A DNA stretch of 64,000 bases from Botryllus schlosseri (lineage: Eukaryota), in assembly GCA_051294905.1 (NCBI GenBank), contig CM119372.1, positions 34,164,001 to 34,228,000 on the forward strand, read 5' to 3'. Positions 1-13,025 of the stretch are shown piece by piece. The notes under the pieces were generated by a model. That model was not told the origin of the DNA. It saw only the letters and a list, made by a program, of their open reading frames with translations, and made no database searches. Made by a program: the position numbers and the translations under genes. The number at the start of each line of letters is the position of its first letter. The stretch's first letter is position 1.

Positions 1-129
1 AGATAAATGTAATCGTGAGTAATCGTGATTACTTTTCCAATGTAATCGTAATCGTAATCGTAATCGCGTGACACTGAAGTAATCGTAATCGCAATCGATT
101 ACATTCATAAAGTAATCACCCCATGTCTG
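1..129. mobile_element. Right end of a GTAATC-repeat MITE (truncated by window edge)
   Basis: Dense (GTAATC)n/GATTAC subterminal repeats ending CCCCATGTCTG; a CTG terminus is typical of hAT-type MITEs. Left end not in window. Confidence 0.55.
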
Positions 130-134
130 ATCCA

Positions 135-869
135 TAGCCCATCTTAGTACCAGCCGGCTGCAGTGTCGTTGTTTTACTCCAGTTGCCATTAGGAAGAAGT
201 CGGTGTCATCGTAACCCGATTTCGAGAAGGCAATAAGTCTACTAAGTTCAGAGTTTTATGGAAAATTATACCCAAAACACAGTTATTCACAGAAGCGAAA
301 ACGCCAATGCGAAGCCGCTATATGCAGTTTATATGTAAAAATATATTGATTTATACAACCATATAATCCAAATATCTGTGGTTGCACTGCGGTGACACTT
401 TCGGCTTAAAAGGTGCCACTGCCCAGCCTCCAGTCAAATCCGAATCGAGATTTAAGATTTATTATGAACCAAATTCCAACGTCTGCGTTTACTGTTCAAT
501 CTCTTGTATTCCTCACCCATCTTGCGCAGGGCTGACTCCAGATTACGACTAAAGGAGACGAAGCATAGATATATGCCAACTTATATCGTCGTTAGCGCCA
601 GTGTTTTGGCGGTTTATATCCGTATTCAACCGGCCAATCATGGTATTTTTGCCAATTTCATGGTCCGCGAATAAAATGTTGCTGCTTGTTAGAATAAAAC
701 CCCTATGATCCGTGGTACAACGTAAAATACTATTATGTCTATATACTTGATAACAAAGTGAAAAAATAGAGAATCAGGTAACATTTTCGAATTAGTTGAC
801 TGGTGCGGCCCGCGAGTGATTTGAAGGCTCGTATCTGGCCCGCGACGCAATTTGAATTTGACACCCCTG
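135..869 (+). mobile_element. Partial non-autonomous hAT element, family A
   Basis: Colinear with 3500-4263 and 53320-54261; ends in right TIR ...TTTGACACCCCTG at 869. Confidence 0.75.
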
Positions 870-1272
870 GTTTAAAGGATTGATAGATGTTAACCGGTAC
901 TGACGAAATTGCATTTAATCGCGACATTTCGATTCATCTGGTGTGATGCACAGATTTGAAGCAATATTTCGTTGTCATAACAATCATTTGGAAATAAAAA
1001 TTCATGAGAACGAATGGTATAGCAATACGAATCACCGGTTTGACCCGAGTACATCGCTACACCTACTCGCACCTTGGCGAGTTGACCTTAATTGAGCCAT
1101 GTTAACCAATGATCCGAAAGATGTAAATTTGTGAGTGTCATCTAGGGCATGACGTACTCTAAGTAGGTCTATATATACAAGAGCAAATAAGTATAAAAGT
1201 TATTCACTTTGGTGGACAAAACAATCAGTGTGCAAACAATTTGGTATCACAATCGCTACAAGGCCAGGAAAT

Positions 1273-2530
1273 ATGCGAGTCAAACTGATGGTGTTCATCA
1301 CCATTGCCACCCTTTTGACCAACGGGACATGTTCGTCCGATACTGAAGAAAGTAACAGATATCGTTCTGACGGTTTGTAAATGATAAGTTCGACATCAAC
1401 TGAAAACGACAAATTGCAAGTAATTCCAGGTGCACATGGTGGTGAAATTACCCCTGTGAAGTGGTCTGCTGCGGCAAAGAATAAACTGCAATCGGAAATA
1501 TCTTACCGTCATGAAGACCGCATGGCTGGCAGAGAGACACGGTAAGCAAATATAGGCCCTACCCGAAGCGACATTTCTGCGCAACTCATTTGCAGAATAT
1601 TTTCGCATAACGTAACTCGAAGGTCTCGAGATCTTATTCAACAGTTATTCTCCCATTATTTAGTCAGTCGGATACTTAATTTCCTTTTTTCCCTTCATTT
1701 TAAGAGCATGGCCTTCTATAAAAGCAGGAACATCCCCCCTTCATAAAATGTACCGAGTTTTCATTCTCCGGAGAAATACATCTCCAATTATCGGCGATCC
1801 CATTGTGGTTAAAATTGAATAGTAGATTCATATTGAAATACACCCGCATATTTCGACTGACACTCGTCAGGGATACTCGTCAGCAAATAATAGAGAATTG
1901 GAAATAACATTGTATAACAGCAATCGCATAACCAAATCTGACGTCACCAGCATAAAAAGAATAATTGAGGCGAAGAGATCGCTTAACGACAATGTAATAT
2001 TTACATGGTAGCGTACTCGAACTTCTTCTATTGGCACAAACTAGGTTGGTATATTTTGATACAAATGGGTAAAATTAGCTCCACAGATGATACTCTGAAA
2101 TTATGCGGAAAATGTAATTCGATTTATGCCACACCCTCATTTTGTCATCACAACTAGAATGGTTATGAAGTTCCTATATTTATTTTCTTCTACTTGCAGC
2201 TATCATCCCGATGTACCCGGATGGCCTTAGTTAACCTATGACGAAGCGACAAAGGATTAAAAAAATAGCGATTGTTCCAAGTCCAACGATAATATTTGAT
2301 GTAATTTTGATGCTACACATGGAACAAAGTATATTGTCGCAAATTTGACTGGCTATTTCGGTTATCCGGGGCGTCGCAGGTTAATTGCGGGAATAAGGTG
2401 ACTCTCACGTCCTTCGTGTCCAGAGATTCAATGATGGTTTACCTATAGCATAGTGACGTGCGTTCGAAGGACGTCTCACCTGTTGTCATGACCGCAAAAG
2501 AAAATTGTGAAAACTTTCAATGAGGGATTG
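1273..2530 (+). pseudogene. Secreted-N-terminus 7TM/GPCR-like pseudogene, paralogue 1 (exons 1273-1541, 2200-~2530; more decayed homology ~4790-5170)
   Basis: TATAAAA at 1192; MRVKLMVFITIATLLTNGTCS signal peptide; exon ends ...GRETR|GTAAGC (phase 2); acceptor TTGCAG| at 2199 gives YHPDVPGWP; stops and frameshifts follow. Confidence 0.55.
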
Positions 2531-3310
2531 GTATTATTCTACCGATGTTAATGAATGACTAATCCTGAACATGTTTACACGCAAGATGATGCGATTTACA
2601 TATTTATTGTTCACAAATACTGAGAGAAGAGAGACGTGGTGCACAGACGAAACAAGCCTAATCTGTGTTTGCGCAAATACTCGTCAAGAGCGCTGAATTT
2701 ATAATTCATTGTTTTAATCAAATGCCATTATTACACTGATTTCGAAGATCAAGTAATATTAATTACCAATCGCCAAAACAGCAGGACCCCCTTGTAATTT
2801 CCATGAAGTTTGGAATTTTTTTTTCTTGCGTTCAATGACTACGCAGTGACTCAATAAAACTTGAGATAGAAATTTATACACCTTGCCAATTGTTCGTTAT
2901 CAATCCAACAAGCGCAGAACATTGAAACAATGCGCTATCGGTTATCGACAGAGATAGTCAAAGCAGTCAAGAATTCAGTGCATGTATTCAAACATTCTCA
3001 AGGAATTTCGAAAGGTAATCATAAATACTATCTCATGGGCTGTCACAGGCCGCAAATTGACCTATGAGAACTGTGCAGAGAACTGGATTCGTGTTGCTAC
3101 ATCCTAAGATGTCTAAATCTTCAATGGCATAAAAATTCGACACCATCATCTGAAGTAAGTTTTGTTATATATAACAACGGCTCTTAACCTTTTTTTTAGC
3201 TCATCTCCCTTTCCAGAAATGTAATATTAAGGTTCCGTCCACCGTAATACAATCCCCGTGACGATGAAGCTGAAATGGGGCATATCGTAAAGATGTAGGC
3301 CTATTTACGA

Positions 3311-4263
3311 CAGGGGTGTCAAACAAACGGCCCGCGGGCCGCCAGACGATTTCATCCGGCCCACGAAGCAATTCTGATTAGATTGAAAACTGCTTATGTT
3401 TTCCAGCACATTTTTAACTAATGTTGAGATCTTATTTAAGGAAATACTTCCATTTAAATAATCTCAAAAGGCAGCGAATGCCGACAATGGTAATTGTTCA
3501 AGGTTACATTTTAACCACCCCGACTGCAGGTTTGTGGTTTCACTCTAGACTTACCACTTGGAACAATTCGGTGACTTTGATACTCGATTTCGAGAAGGCA
3601 AAAACGAGCAGACTGACATCAGACTTTTATGGAAAAACGGACCGAAATGCAGTTATTCGCAGAAGCGAAATCGCCAATGCGGAATCGTTTTTTTGCAGTT
3701 TACATGGATAATATATTACTTATATACAAAAATACATTTTAGATATCCGTGTCGTTACTGCTATGTTACTTCTGACTCAAAATGTTCCCTGACTCCAGAT
3801 AAACCAGAATCGCGATTTAGAAAAATGAAACAAATTCGAACGTCCGCGTTTGCGGTTAAATCTCTTGTGGTCCTCACAATGCATGGGCAGGGCTAACACC
3901 TGAAAGAATAGGGAGCATAGAAATATACCATCTTATATTGTAATTAGCGCCACTATTTTAGCCATTCATAACTGTATTCAGCCGGCTAGTCATCGGATTT
4001 TGGTCAATTTCATAATTCGCGAATATAGGTGTTGCTACTTGCTACAGTAAAAATAACCTGTGATCCATGACATAGTAAAAAAAAAACTGTGATTCATGAC
4101 ACAATGTGATATAGGCTACTATTATCTTTATCAAATATTGAAGTATTCGAGTGAAAAGCAATGACATGAGGTAACAATTTTTGAATCAGTTGATTGGTCC
4201 GGCCGGCAAGCGATTTGAAGGTTTGAATCCGGCCCGCGACGCAATTTGAGTTTGCCACACCTG
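3311..4263 (+). mobile_element. Complete non-autonomous hAT element, family A
   Basis: TIRs CAGGGGTGTCAAAC / GTTTGCCACACCTG; perfect 8-bp TSD ATTTACGA (3303-3310, 4264-4271). Confidence 0.9.
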
Positions 4264-5180
4264 ATTTACGATATATAAATATATGAAAATTTATCCTTAG
4301 AAATAGGAGCATTCAAACAGCAAATTTCAGTTGATAATATGACAGCAAAAATTATCTAAAATCCCATTCAAGTGCTGTAGGAGTAGGCTACATCAAATTA
4401 TAGCAATGACGATAATGACTTCTTAAAACATTGCAAAAAATTGATATGCATCCGGTACAGCACATCAAACCTTCTCTATTCATTAGATCAACAAACAGAA
4501 CTTAAATTTTATTGACCTCAAAAAAGTGATGGTTAAAACTACGAAGCAAAATGTCGATTGTAGATGCAAGGGATCAAATGGGTTTGGTGATAGAAACTTT
4601 TAAGTAATAATAGGGCTAATACCAGCAAGCATATATTGCCTTCGATAAAACTGATTCCTAATCTTCAGTACTTCTGGAGTCATTATGTGCGTGCAACTAT
4701 AATATGTCCATTCCATACCCATTTCCTCGGCACATTGTACAAATGGCGTCATTTCTGGCAGATAGTGGGTGCGGCGGGATATTTGCAGGGCATGCTGTCA
4801 GTCAGGATTTCACACATTCAGTTTGTAAGATCAATCCATCTCAGCTTACTTAATGCCTACATCACACTGTTAATTTAAGATCCATAATCGCTCTTGATCC
4901 TGCTCTGATATCATTGTGAAGCACGCCATTTAAAGCTTTGTGATACAGCTCAACTTATTTGCGATGAATGCTGCAAAATGTTCGCAAGATAGAAAGGATA
5001 TAAAGGGACGCAAACGCCCAGTGAACTTCTTTACATTATGTACTGCAGCAGACTAAGCTGACCAAGCCTATGATTAATCGATGAAATTGCACTGAGAAAC
5101 TATATAACCTCGGAAATAAAATCATCGTCATGGAGTTAGGTCAGCTTCTGCAAATAACTGAACATGGCTCGTGTACCGAT

Positions 5181-5373
5181 CAATGTTCCCTCTAAGCTGC
5201 GCACGTTCGCAATTTCGGACTGCCGACACGGTCTCTGCGCACATAAAATTTAAGCTGCGCACAAAAATTCCGAAATGATGACCTTTTTCTAGTCGTTATG
5301 CACTGTTTTCTAAGGGACCGCGCAGTGAGTTGGTGAGTGCGCGCAGACTCGTGAAAAATTAGAGGGAACATCG
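5181..5373. mobile_element. hAT-type MITE (193 bp)
   Basis: TIRs CAATGTTCCCTCTAA / TTAGAGGGAACATCG; TSD GTACCGAT; empty site in the paralogue at ~40268 (GTGTATCGATGCA). Truncated relative at ~24067-24155. Confidence 0.9.
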
Positions 5374-7312
5374 GTACCGATGCAGATTCTATTAGAGGGC
5401 GCACTGGGTATATTTTCCCTCACTTGTCTTGAGATTCGCAGGCCTGTGTTGTGTTTAGCTTTACATAACGAGTCCAATTTCCGTTTTGTAGTCGGATAAG
5501 TGGTTCATAAAGTGGTCGCCAGCGTCCGGCTGGGTGACGTTTACGACCTCGAATGGGGTTGATAGCTACAATTTGGGCGGTCGGGGGCGCTGAGAGTAAA
5601 CGTAGGCTGTTTGACCTATGAGTAACTGTTTGGGTGAGTCCTTGAATTAGAGCTCTCTCTGTGCGCCAATGTAAGATTTATGAATTTATGATCACGTCGT
5701 TCACGGTCGTACAAGGTGGATTCAATCGAAAATCGTCACGCACGCTCTCCGCATATGTTCATTGTGAAGGAGGATTGAGTGTTCTAACTGACCAAACAAT
5801 CAATCAAACAACGAATAGACTAACTAATTATTCAGTGACACTTATTGTACGATTGTTTTCACTGACTGTGTCTGTCCGGAAATTCGTACAAAAAGGGACA
5901 GATCAACGCGAAAAATCTATGCGACAATGCAGTGACTGTGCAATGAGCCAAATACCTTTTTTTTTGGGGGGGGGGAGCAGGAAGGGGCTAGGGACTGTTC
6001 GATACCTGGTTTGCTGTGGAGGTGGTCGATGTGCAGAAAAAGTTTGGCAAACACTGCTCTAGTATAACGGGCTGATTACCAACGTCCAAAACAGGCAGGC
6101 AGGTTTTCCCAAGCATATAATTGCAATAATATTGCACGTGCCTAGCCCAAGGAACTGAACGAGATCATTCCGACGGTGTCTAGATGCGCATAACTTGCTG
6201 GCGGCTGGAATAAAACGACTCTTATATTTCTAGTCTAGGAGCAATGGTTCCCAACCGCCTGTCCGTGGCAGCTTCCTGCCGGTCCGCCAAATGAACAATA
6301 ATATTATATACCAGTTCCAAAACGCGAGAAGTTGTGCATTATTAAAGAAGTACGACTTCAAATTTTAAATTGATTCAGGGTATTTCTGCATAGTGTCGTA
6401 ATAGGGAGCTCATTGTCTACTTTGGTCGTACGTCACAATCAGGACCATAACCGCCGCACCCCAAACCCCCCAACAAATATCGCCTACATGTAGCGCGGAA
6501 AACGTATGTCACGGCGGGGGTAGGGGGTGTGGAGGGCCTAAGACCAACATTTTGGGGGGGGGGCTGACGAAGTGCTGTTTCAGCGCTGGTCATAATGATA
6601 CAAGTGTTGTGCGAAACTGTTTGAAAGTAGCCTACTACTTCGAACAAGTTACGGAGATTTTTTAACAAACTTCGTTAATTTCCGACAACGCAATCAAGCG
6701 ACACTTCGCAGTATAATAAAATCTATAGGAGGGGTGGACAGACCTGCTTCATGTGCGAACCTCATAAAAAAATCTTAATTTTAAGAAAGCCACAACCACA
6801 ACAAAAAAAATTCAAAAATACGAATTCATTTCGTCATACAGAAATGTGGGGTATCGAATGAAGTTTACTATAGTGTGATGATATGGTGCGTCTCCATCTG
6901 GGCTGCAAGGTGTTTGAAATCAGGCTGATATGATGTTGAATCAGTGCGGAGCAATTCCTTCAAGTTATAATAAGCATTTAAGGTAGATTTCAGCTCGGTA
7001 ATCACAGTACTTCGTAAATCCGTCTTCGTTTCAAGTTACTAGTTTTGTAATTCTTAGGCGGATTTTGATAGATAAGACACATTGGCTTATACCTTCATTA
7101 TCACTGAATGCAAACTCTTCCTCTCATTCTGTTTTGCAAGGTTTATATTCCTGTTCATACTTTCTTTTATTTTTGCAATTATCGCTCAACGACATTTTCT
7201 TGGTCAAACTCTGCAGTTATTGCTACCCTTTACAATGAAAATAGAAGATCCGTATTCACCATCTTTAGCCCAGAAATGATGTGAACTGCGCTGCCGTGGT
7301 TAACCGTTGAAC

Positions 7313-10285
7313 CATAGTGTCCTATATGGTGTCGACACAAGCAAATCGCACGGTTCAATGAAATTGTATCACGTCACAGTTTCCATTTGGCTACAGGCAA
7401 TTTGACGGTGATTTTTGCCCGACTTGCCGAGCATTAAATTTGATGAAGCGGGTATCAATCGAAAGCTGACGCTGTACTGCTTGCGAAAATATAAATTTCA
7501 TTCCACTCATGGCCCTGGAACCCCCACAATCTGCCCCAAATTATTCATTGTCTAGTAGATTGGCAGTGTGACGCAACAATGATGTCTGGCGAAACGAGAG
7601 ACTAGCTCAAGAGCAAGGATGCGGCCGAGCGGCGAGAGTGGGATCAGCTGACGTCGCGGCAATAGCAATGTGCAACCGCGCCACAGAGAAACGCTGCGCT
7701 GTTGATACTTTTTCTATGCGTTCCGGTACAAGCGAGCACACACCAGCCTTTCCTTGACTTGTAAGGGTAGAACTGGGTCCACGGAATGTATTAGGGCCCT
7801 ACCAATTTTCGCGCAATATCCTTCAGCTGATAGAGATATGTAGTCTACATTGGATATGTCAGATTATTATGATATCGATTGCCTTAGCCCGCTTGTTGCG
7901 TAAGGCTCCAGAGCAGACTTGGACAACTAGATAATTCTAGTTGTCTAATTTCACTAAATTAGAGCGAAATGCCAGTAATCTAATTCTAATCTAATTTGTG
8001 AAATGTTTCCATGCTCTAATTCTAATTCTAATCTAATTTGTGAAATGTTCTTCTGCTCTAATTCTAATTCTAATCTAATTTGTGAAATGTCCCTATTCTC
8101 TAATTCTAGTTCTAATCTAATTATTGTTTTAATGAAAATGCCTCTTTGTCCGAGGCATATTGCACTATTGCGCAGGGAAATCCAGTGCCAAGCCGCCATC
8201 GCCTTACTTACACCGTGCAGTCATAGTAGATATTATGACGAATAATAGCCTGCTAGAGTAGCTTGTAGTCTGCGAACAAAATTCTAGTTTTTAAAACTTT
8301 ACGTTAGTACATCGCCGTTCTGACTAACATGGGCGATGTCCATGGTTATTATGAAGAAGTAATATTGTATTGGTGTACAGAAGTTAATGGGAATGCACTG
8401 ATGTTGTTGTTGTTGTTTATTGAACAAAAATATGTGGCGCTTATCGCGTGACGGCCTTTTGCACCACGCACTGTGATTTGATATGAACTGGATTTTGCTG
8501 TGTTCATTTCCCATATACAATTTCATTCAATTTCCAATTTTTTGCGAACTAAGTAGCTCTAATTCTAATTCTAATCTAATTTGGAAAAAACTTAGTAGCT
8601 CTAATTCTAATTCTAATCTAATTTGGAAAAAGCTGTGGAGCTCTAATTCTAATTCTAATCTAATTTGGAAAAACTGTGTAACTCTAATTCTAATTCTAGT
8701 CTAATTTGAAAAAAACTATGGAGCTCTAATTCTAATTCTAATCTAATTCAGAAAAGCTGAAAATTTTCTAGTTGTCCAAGTCTGCTCCAGAGATGCGTGG
8801 CGCTGTTGATACTTTTTCTACGCGCTTCGCTAAAAGCGAGCACACACCAGCCTTTCCTTGACTTGTAATGGTGAACTGGGTCCACAGAATGTATTTGGTC
8901 CCTACCAATTTTCGCGCAATCCTTCAGCTGTTAGAGATATTTCTAGTAAGAAAAATATACTTTCAAGTAATAAGATTCACTCAAGACAGCAAATTTAGAT
9001 AATGTAAATATATCATATTGTAGTAATACAACTACAGTGTTGAGTTTTCACTCTAGTCCCCATAAGCACCACGTCGGTGACCTTGCCAAATTCCGAGAAG
9101 GCGAAAAAGTGCAAACTCTGTTGGGCCGAATGGACAATGGACATTCAGTTATTCACAGATGCGAAAAAAATACTGCAAATCCGTTTTAGGTAAGTTACAT
9201 TAGGAATATATATACAGACTACAGAATGAGTATAATTCAAATATCTGTGATACCACTGTATTACTTTTGACGCAAAATATCCCCGGCATTCAAAAAAACT
9301 ATTTGGTGATTGAAAAATGCTAAACCAAATTCCAACGTCAACGTTTATAGTGATATCAGATATATTCCAATGAAAAACAAAGGTATGAATTTGGTGCTAA
9401 CATTTTGGAATCATTTGGCAGGTATGGCCCGCAAGCTTTCTAGTAACGGATTGAATCCGGACAGCGATTCCAGTTTAATTCGACACTCCTGCTGTTAAAC
9501 TTTATTCAACAATCAACATTTTACCTGCTGCATTCGCGGACCAAGTCCCACCCATACGGATCAAATAAAAGCTTGTAATGTATGCTCATGCTCAATGCTC
9601 CTTGCTCACACTTAACCATAAAAGCGACTATAGAAAGTATCTACACCCGCCATCAACAGCGCGACGTGTCTCTGGAGCCCTACGCAACAAGCGGGCTAAG
9701 GCAACCGATATCATAATAATCTGACATATCCAATGTAGATTACTTAGACGTAGCCTACATATCTTTATCAGCTGAAGGATATTGCGCGAAAATTGGTAGG
9801 GCCCTAATACATTCTGTGGACCCAGTTCTACCCTTACAAGTCAAGGAAAGGCTGGTGTGTGCTCGCTTGTACCGAAACGCATAGAAAAAGTATCAAAAGC
9901 GCAGCGTTTCTTTGTGGCGCGTTTGCACATCGCTATTGCCGCGACGTCAGCTGATCCCACTCTCGCCGCTCGGCCGCATCCTTGCTCTTGAGCTAGTCTC
10001 TCGTTTCGCCAGACCGCATTGTTGCGTCACACTGCCAATCTACTCGACAATGAATAATTGGGGGCTGATGGTGGGGGTTCCAGGGCCGCGAGCGGAATAA
10101 AATTTATATTTTCGTAATCAGTGCAGAGTCAGCTTTCGATTGATATCCGATTCATCAAATTTAATGCTCGGCAAGCCGGTCAAAAATCACCGTCAAATTG
10201 CCTGTAGCCAAATGGAAACTGTGACGTGATACAATTTCATTGAACCGTGCGATTTGCTTGTGTCGACACCATATAGGACACTATG
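7313..10285. mobile_element. Foldback element with ~620-bp TIRs, P/Galileo-like
   Basis: 7313-7913(+8793-8810) is the reverse complement of 9651-10285, with the first ~100 bp identical; termini CATAG...CTATG; 7-bp TSD GTTGAAC (7306-7312, 10286-10292). No transposase seen. Confidence 0.85.
7914..8784. mobile_element. hAT-type MITE with (TCTAAT)n subterminal arrays, nested in the foldback left arm
   Basis: TIRs CAGACTTGGACAACTAG / CTAGTTGTCCAAGTCTG; perfect TSD CTCCAGAG (7906-7913, 8785-8792); absent from the right arm. Confidence 0.92.
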
Positions 10286-11745
10286 GTTGAACACAATGAT
10301 TTATCATTGATTCATGAACATGACCACGACCATGCACCATTGGTGCGGGTGAAACGTTCATGTGGAGTCGATTTGAGCGTTCAATTGCAACTTTCTAACC
10401 CTGTATAGTCCCACCGTTCTCTCAATTTTACATGTGTTACATAAACTATAAGGAAAGACGACACGAAAACCCTACAGATATCGTTAATACGTGATAGAAT
10501 GCATAAATTTGATAATCAGGTTAAATCTCTCTAACAAAATGGCGAAACGCATGAGCATGTACATTGTATACATTGTACAATCAATGAAGAGACGTAATCG
10601 AAGCCTAACATCCGCAAGCGTCTGGTGAGCCGCAGTTTGCCCATCCCTGAGCTATAGCAATCATTAAAGTCGCATTTCTTTTAAAGGATACTGGACATTT
10701 ACAATCAAGTTTGTGCTGTTCAACTTAGGGATACCATATGTCCTTAGCCGGACTTCGCGAGCTTCGTTAGCAGAAACTTCTATAGAATGATGTATGCCTT
10801 ATAAATATCTGATTTTAAAGGGCAGCGTTAAATAAAGTTTTAAATATTACATTTGAGTTGCGTGCATTTGTTGTAATTAGATTTAGAGTTTGGGGCCCTA
10901 GGGGACGCGTAACACGGTTTGGAAAACCTTGTTCAACACCATTGTCTTTAGTACAACATTAAAATAACGGGGCGCCCAAACAAGAATAGTCCTAGGGCAG
11001 TGGTTCCCAAGTGAGGGGGGGGGGGGGAATTCCCCCCTTGGGGGAATTTTGAAATTTTTAGGGGGGAATCTGGTTTAAATTTCTTAGGGGAAATCTGGCT
11101 ATGGCATTGTATTGGAAGATGCACTGGGTTCGCAAGGTTTTCAGAATTTTATGGTGTAGAACTGTTAAGTAGAAATTAGTTCTTTGCAATTGTATGTTTC
11201 TTTGGCGGATTTCAAGCTAGGTGTATATTTAAAAGCCTTCCGTAGATATTACACCCCCTGATAAAGTCGAGGCTCACGAGGCGATTTCGTTGTGTCAGCG
11301 ACAGCCTCTCGACCAAATTGTTACTAGGCAGGAAAACGTCGAGCCGAATTCAGCACAAGGCCGCTAGTGAAATTGTTTAACTTTTTAAACCAACATATGA
11401 GCTAACGGGAAAAACATACCGTACCAAATTCATCGATTCAACTCAAGTCCATAGCAAGCGGACTTGTTGATTTATTTTTCGTCAGCGGCTACCCGACCGG
11501 GCACACACAGGTCAAATTTGACTGTACTGACTGACTGGGGGTAGGGGGGGGGGGTGCATGTAAAAGAGTATACGACACACTGATCATGTTTGTGTTCTGC
11601 TTTGCAAATCAGTTCGATTGATACTCTATTCTAATCGAAAGTAGCGGAAACGTTGATCACTAGTTGGGCCAGTTGTAGATGTACTAATGTTCTCGTTCAT
11701 AATAGATAAAACCCAATTTTCTTGGTGACTCGTATTGCGGAAACG

Positions 11746-12496
11746 ATGCGTGTACTTTTAATGACTCTTGTTTGGCTATTGCTTCATAACGCGGAATCGA
11801 GTGAAGTACCGGGAACGAAAGGCGCTGAAGATTCTGGATCACCGTCTGTCGACGGCAACGACCCACAAAACAGTACATTACCTTCGAACAAAAAAGATGA
11901 AAAACTACCGCCTGGACATGCCAAAGGCAATAGCAGCAGTAAAATTAAACCTAAAAAGAATAATGGTGACAAAGGTGGAATAAAGAATATGAAAGTCCCC
12001 GGTGAGACAAGGCAAGTGTCGCTTCTGAGCAGTCACTCACGTTATGCGAAACACTGTCCGTCCCTGGCATTCGATTTGCGTCGATAAGAAAGGTTCATGG
12101 GGTCCCGGGAACCTTTATTTGTGTTGATCATCACGCCAGTGTCAACTTCTTTGTTTCATTCGATGGGTAATGATTCACAAGGAGTTGACAATAGGCCATC
12201 TACAACAGCAAGCATGTAAAGTAGGCTACGAGGTGTAAAATGTCAAAGGATATGTCCACCGACAATGCAACCTCTATAACACCAACGAAATTAAGTTTGC
12301 AAAATAAATTTGACTTTGTTAACAATTTTGACAATATTTTGACCTAACACTACAATTTTTACAAAATTTTGACTTTTCAGCCACGTCAAAATATAACTGT
12401 CCTAGTTAACATGTATACGATTTAGATTTTAACAGCATTATTTCTCAGCAATATCTTTCCCTTGTTTTTTAGGTACCACAACTGTCCACCAGGATG
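11746..12496 (+). pseudogene. Secreted-N-terminus gene paralogue 2 (exon 11746-12011 open; exon 2 from 12473 broken by a LINE fragment)
   Basis: MRVLLMTLVWLLLHNAESS signal peptide, hydrophilic linker, ends GETR|GCAAGT (GC donor, phase 2); acceptor TTTTAG| at 12472 gives YHNCPPGW, homologous to YHPDVPGW/YHNHVPGW of the other paralogues. Confidence 0.6.
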
Positions 12497-12499
12497 GCG

Positions 12500-13025
12500 C
12501 AATTGCGTCCAGAAGTGAATCTGCCCACACAGGTAAAATATCCGCCTCTACTACGGAGTAATGCGCAGCACTCCCATATTATGCATTGGAAGCATCATGT
12601 GAAGAACTTCCTCTTTACCTACGTCACAAACAGCTTAGCCTTAACTACCGCTTCCACCTCAGACGCTACTAGGCCCACGAACCCCCACCAATAGAAGTTC
12701 TCGAAGGCACGTGGCATGAGATATACAGCATCATGAACCCAAAATTCAATACCCCCAACATGACCAGGAATGCCACGTCTCCCAATAACCTCGTACTGGA
12801 AAGAAAATCGCATCCAGATTTCACGACATGGTTGATGCAATCACAAAACGTTGATCTAGACCTGACAAATATCATTAAAAAAGGCATCGCACCTCTGTCG
12901 CATAAACCCATAGTCCTGGACTTCATATTCGAACGCTATAACGAAGTCATTGAAATATACACTTGACGGCTTTAAATCAACAGAAGGAGCCGGTTATGCG
13001 TTTACTATCCCGTCGCTGATGATAA
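12500..13025 (+). mobile_element. Decayed I-group (RNase H-bearing) LINE ORF2 fragment
   Basis: Across frameshifts: IRLYYGVMRSTP, LEASCEELPLYLRHKQLSLNY, then RNase H start IEIYT-DGFKSTEGAGYAFTIP (IYTDGSK motif). Confidence 0.75.

Larger units (their letters stand above)
1005..11640 (+). repeat. Direct segmental duplication, copy 1 (paralogue of ~37220-44300)
   Basis: Colinear matching blocks: 1005-2560/37220-39110, 4790-5490/39875-40400, 6061-7000/40405-40985+43620-43720, 10650-10990/43860-44192, 11580-11635/44235-44295. Each copy carries different TE insertions. Confidence 0.9.

Noticed and set aside
3840..4020. TM6/TM7-like peptide (SYIVISATILAIHNCIQP) inside family A hAT as a captured GPCR fragment
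   Set aside because: Frame not consistently open among the copies; similarity too weak without a profile search.
7954..8704. LELELE / SNSNSN ORFs
   Set aside because: Arise from (TCTAAT)n MITE subterminal repeats.
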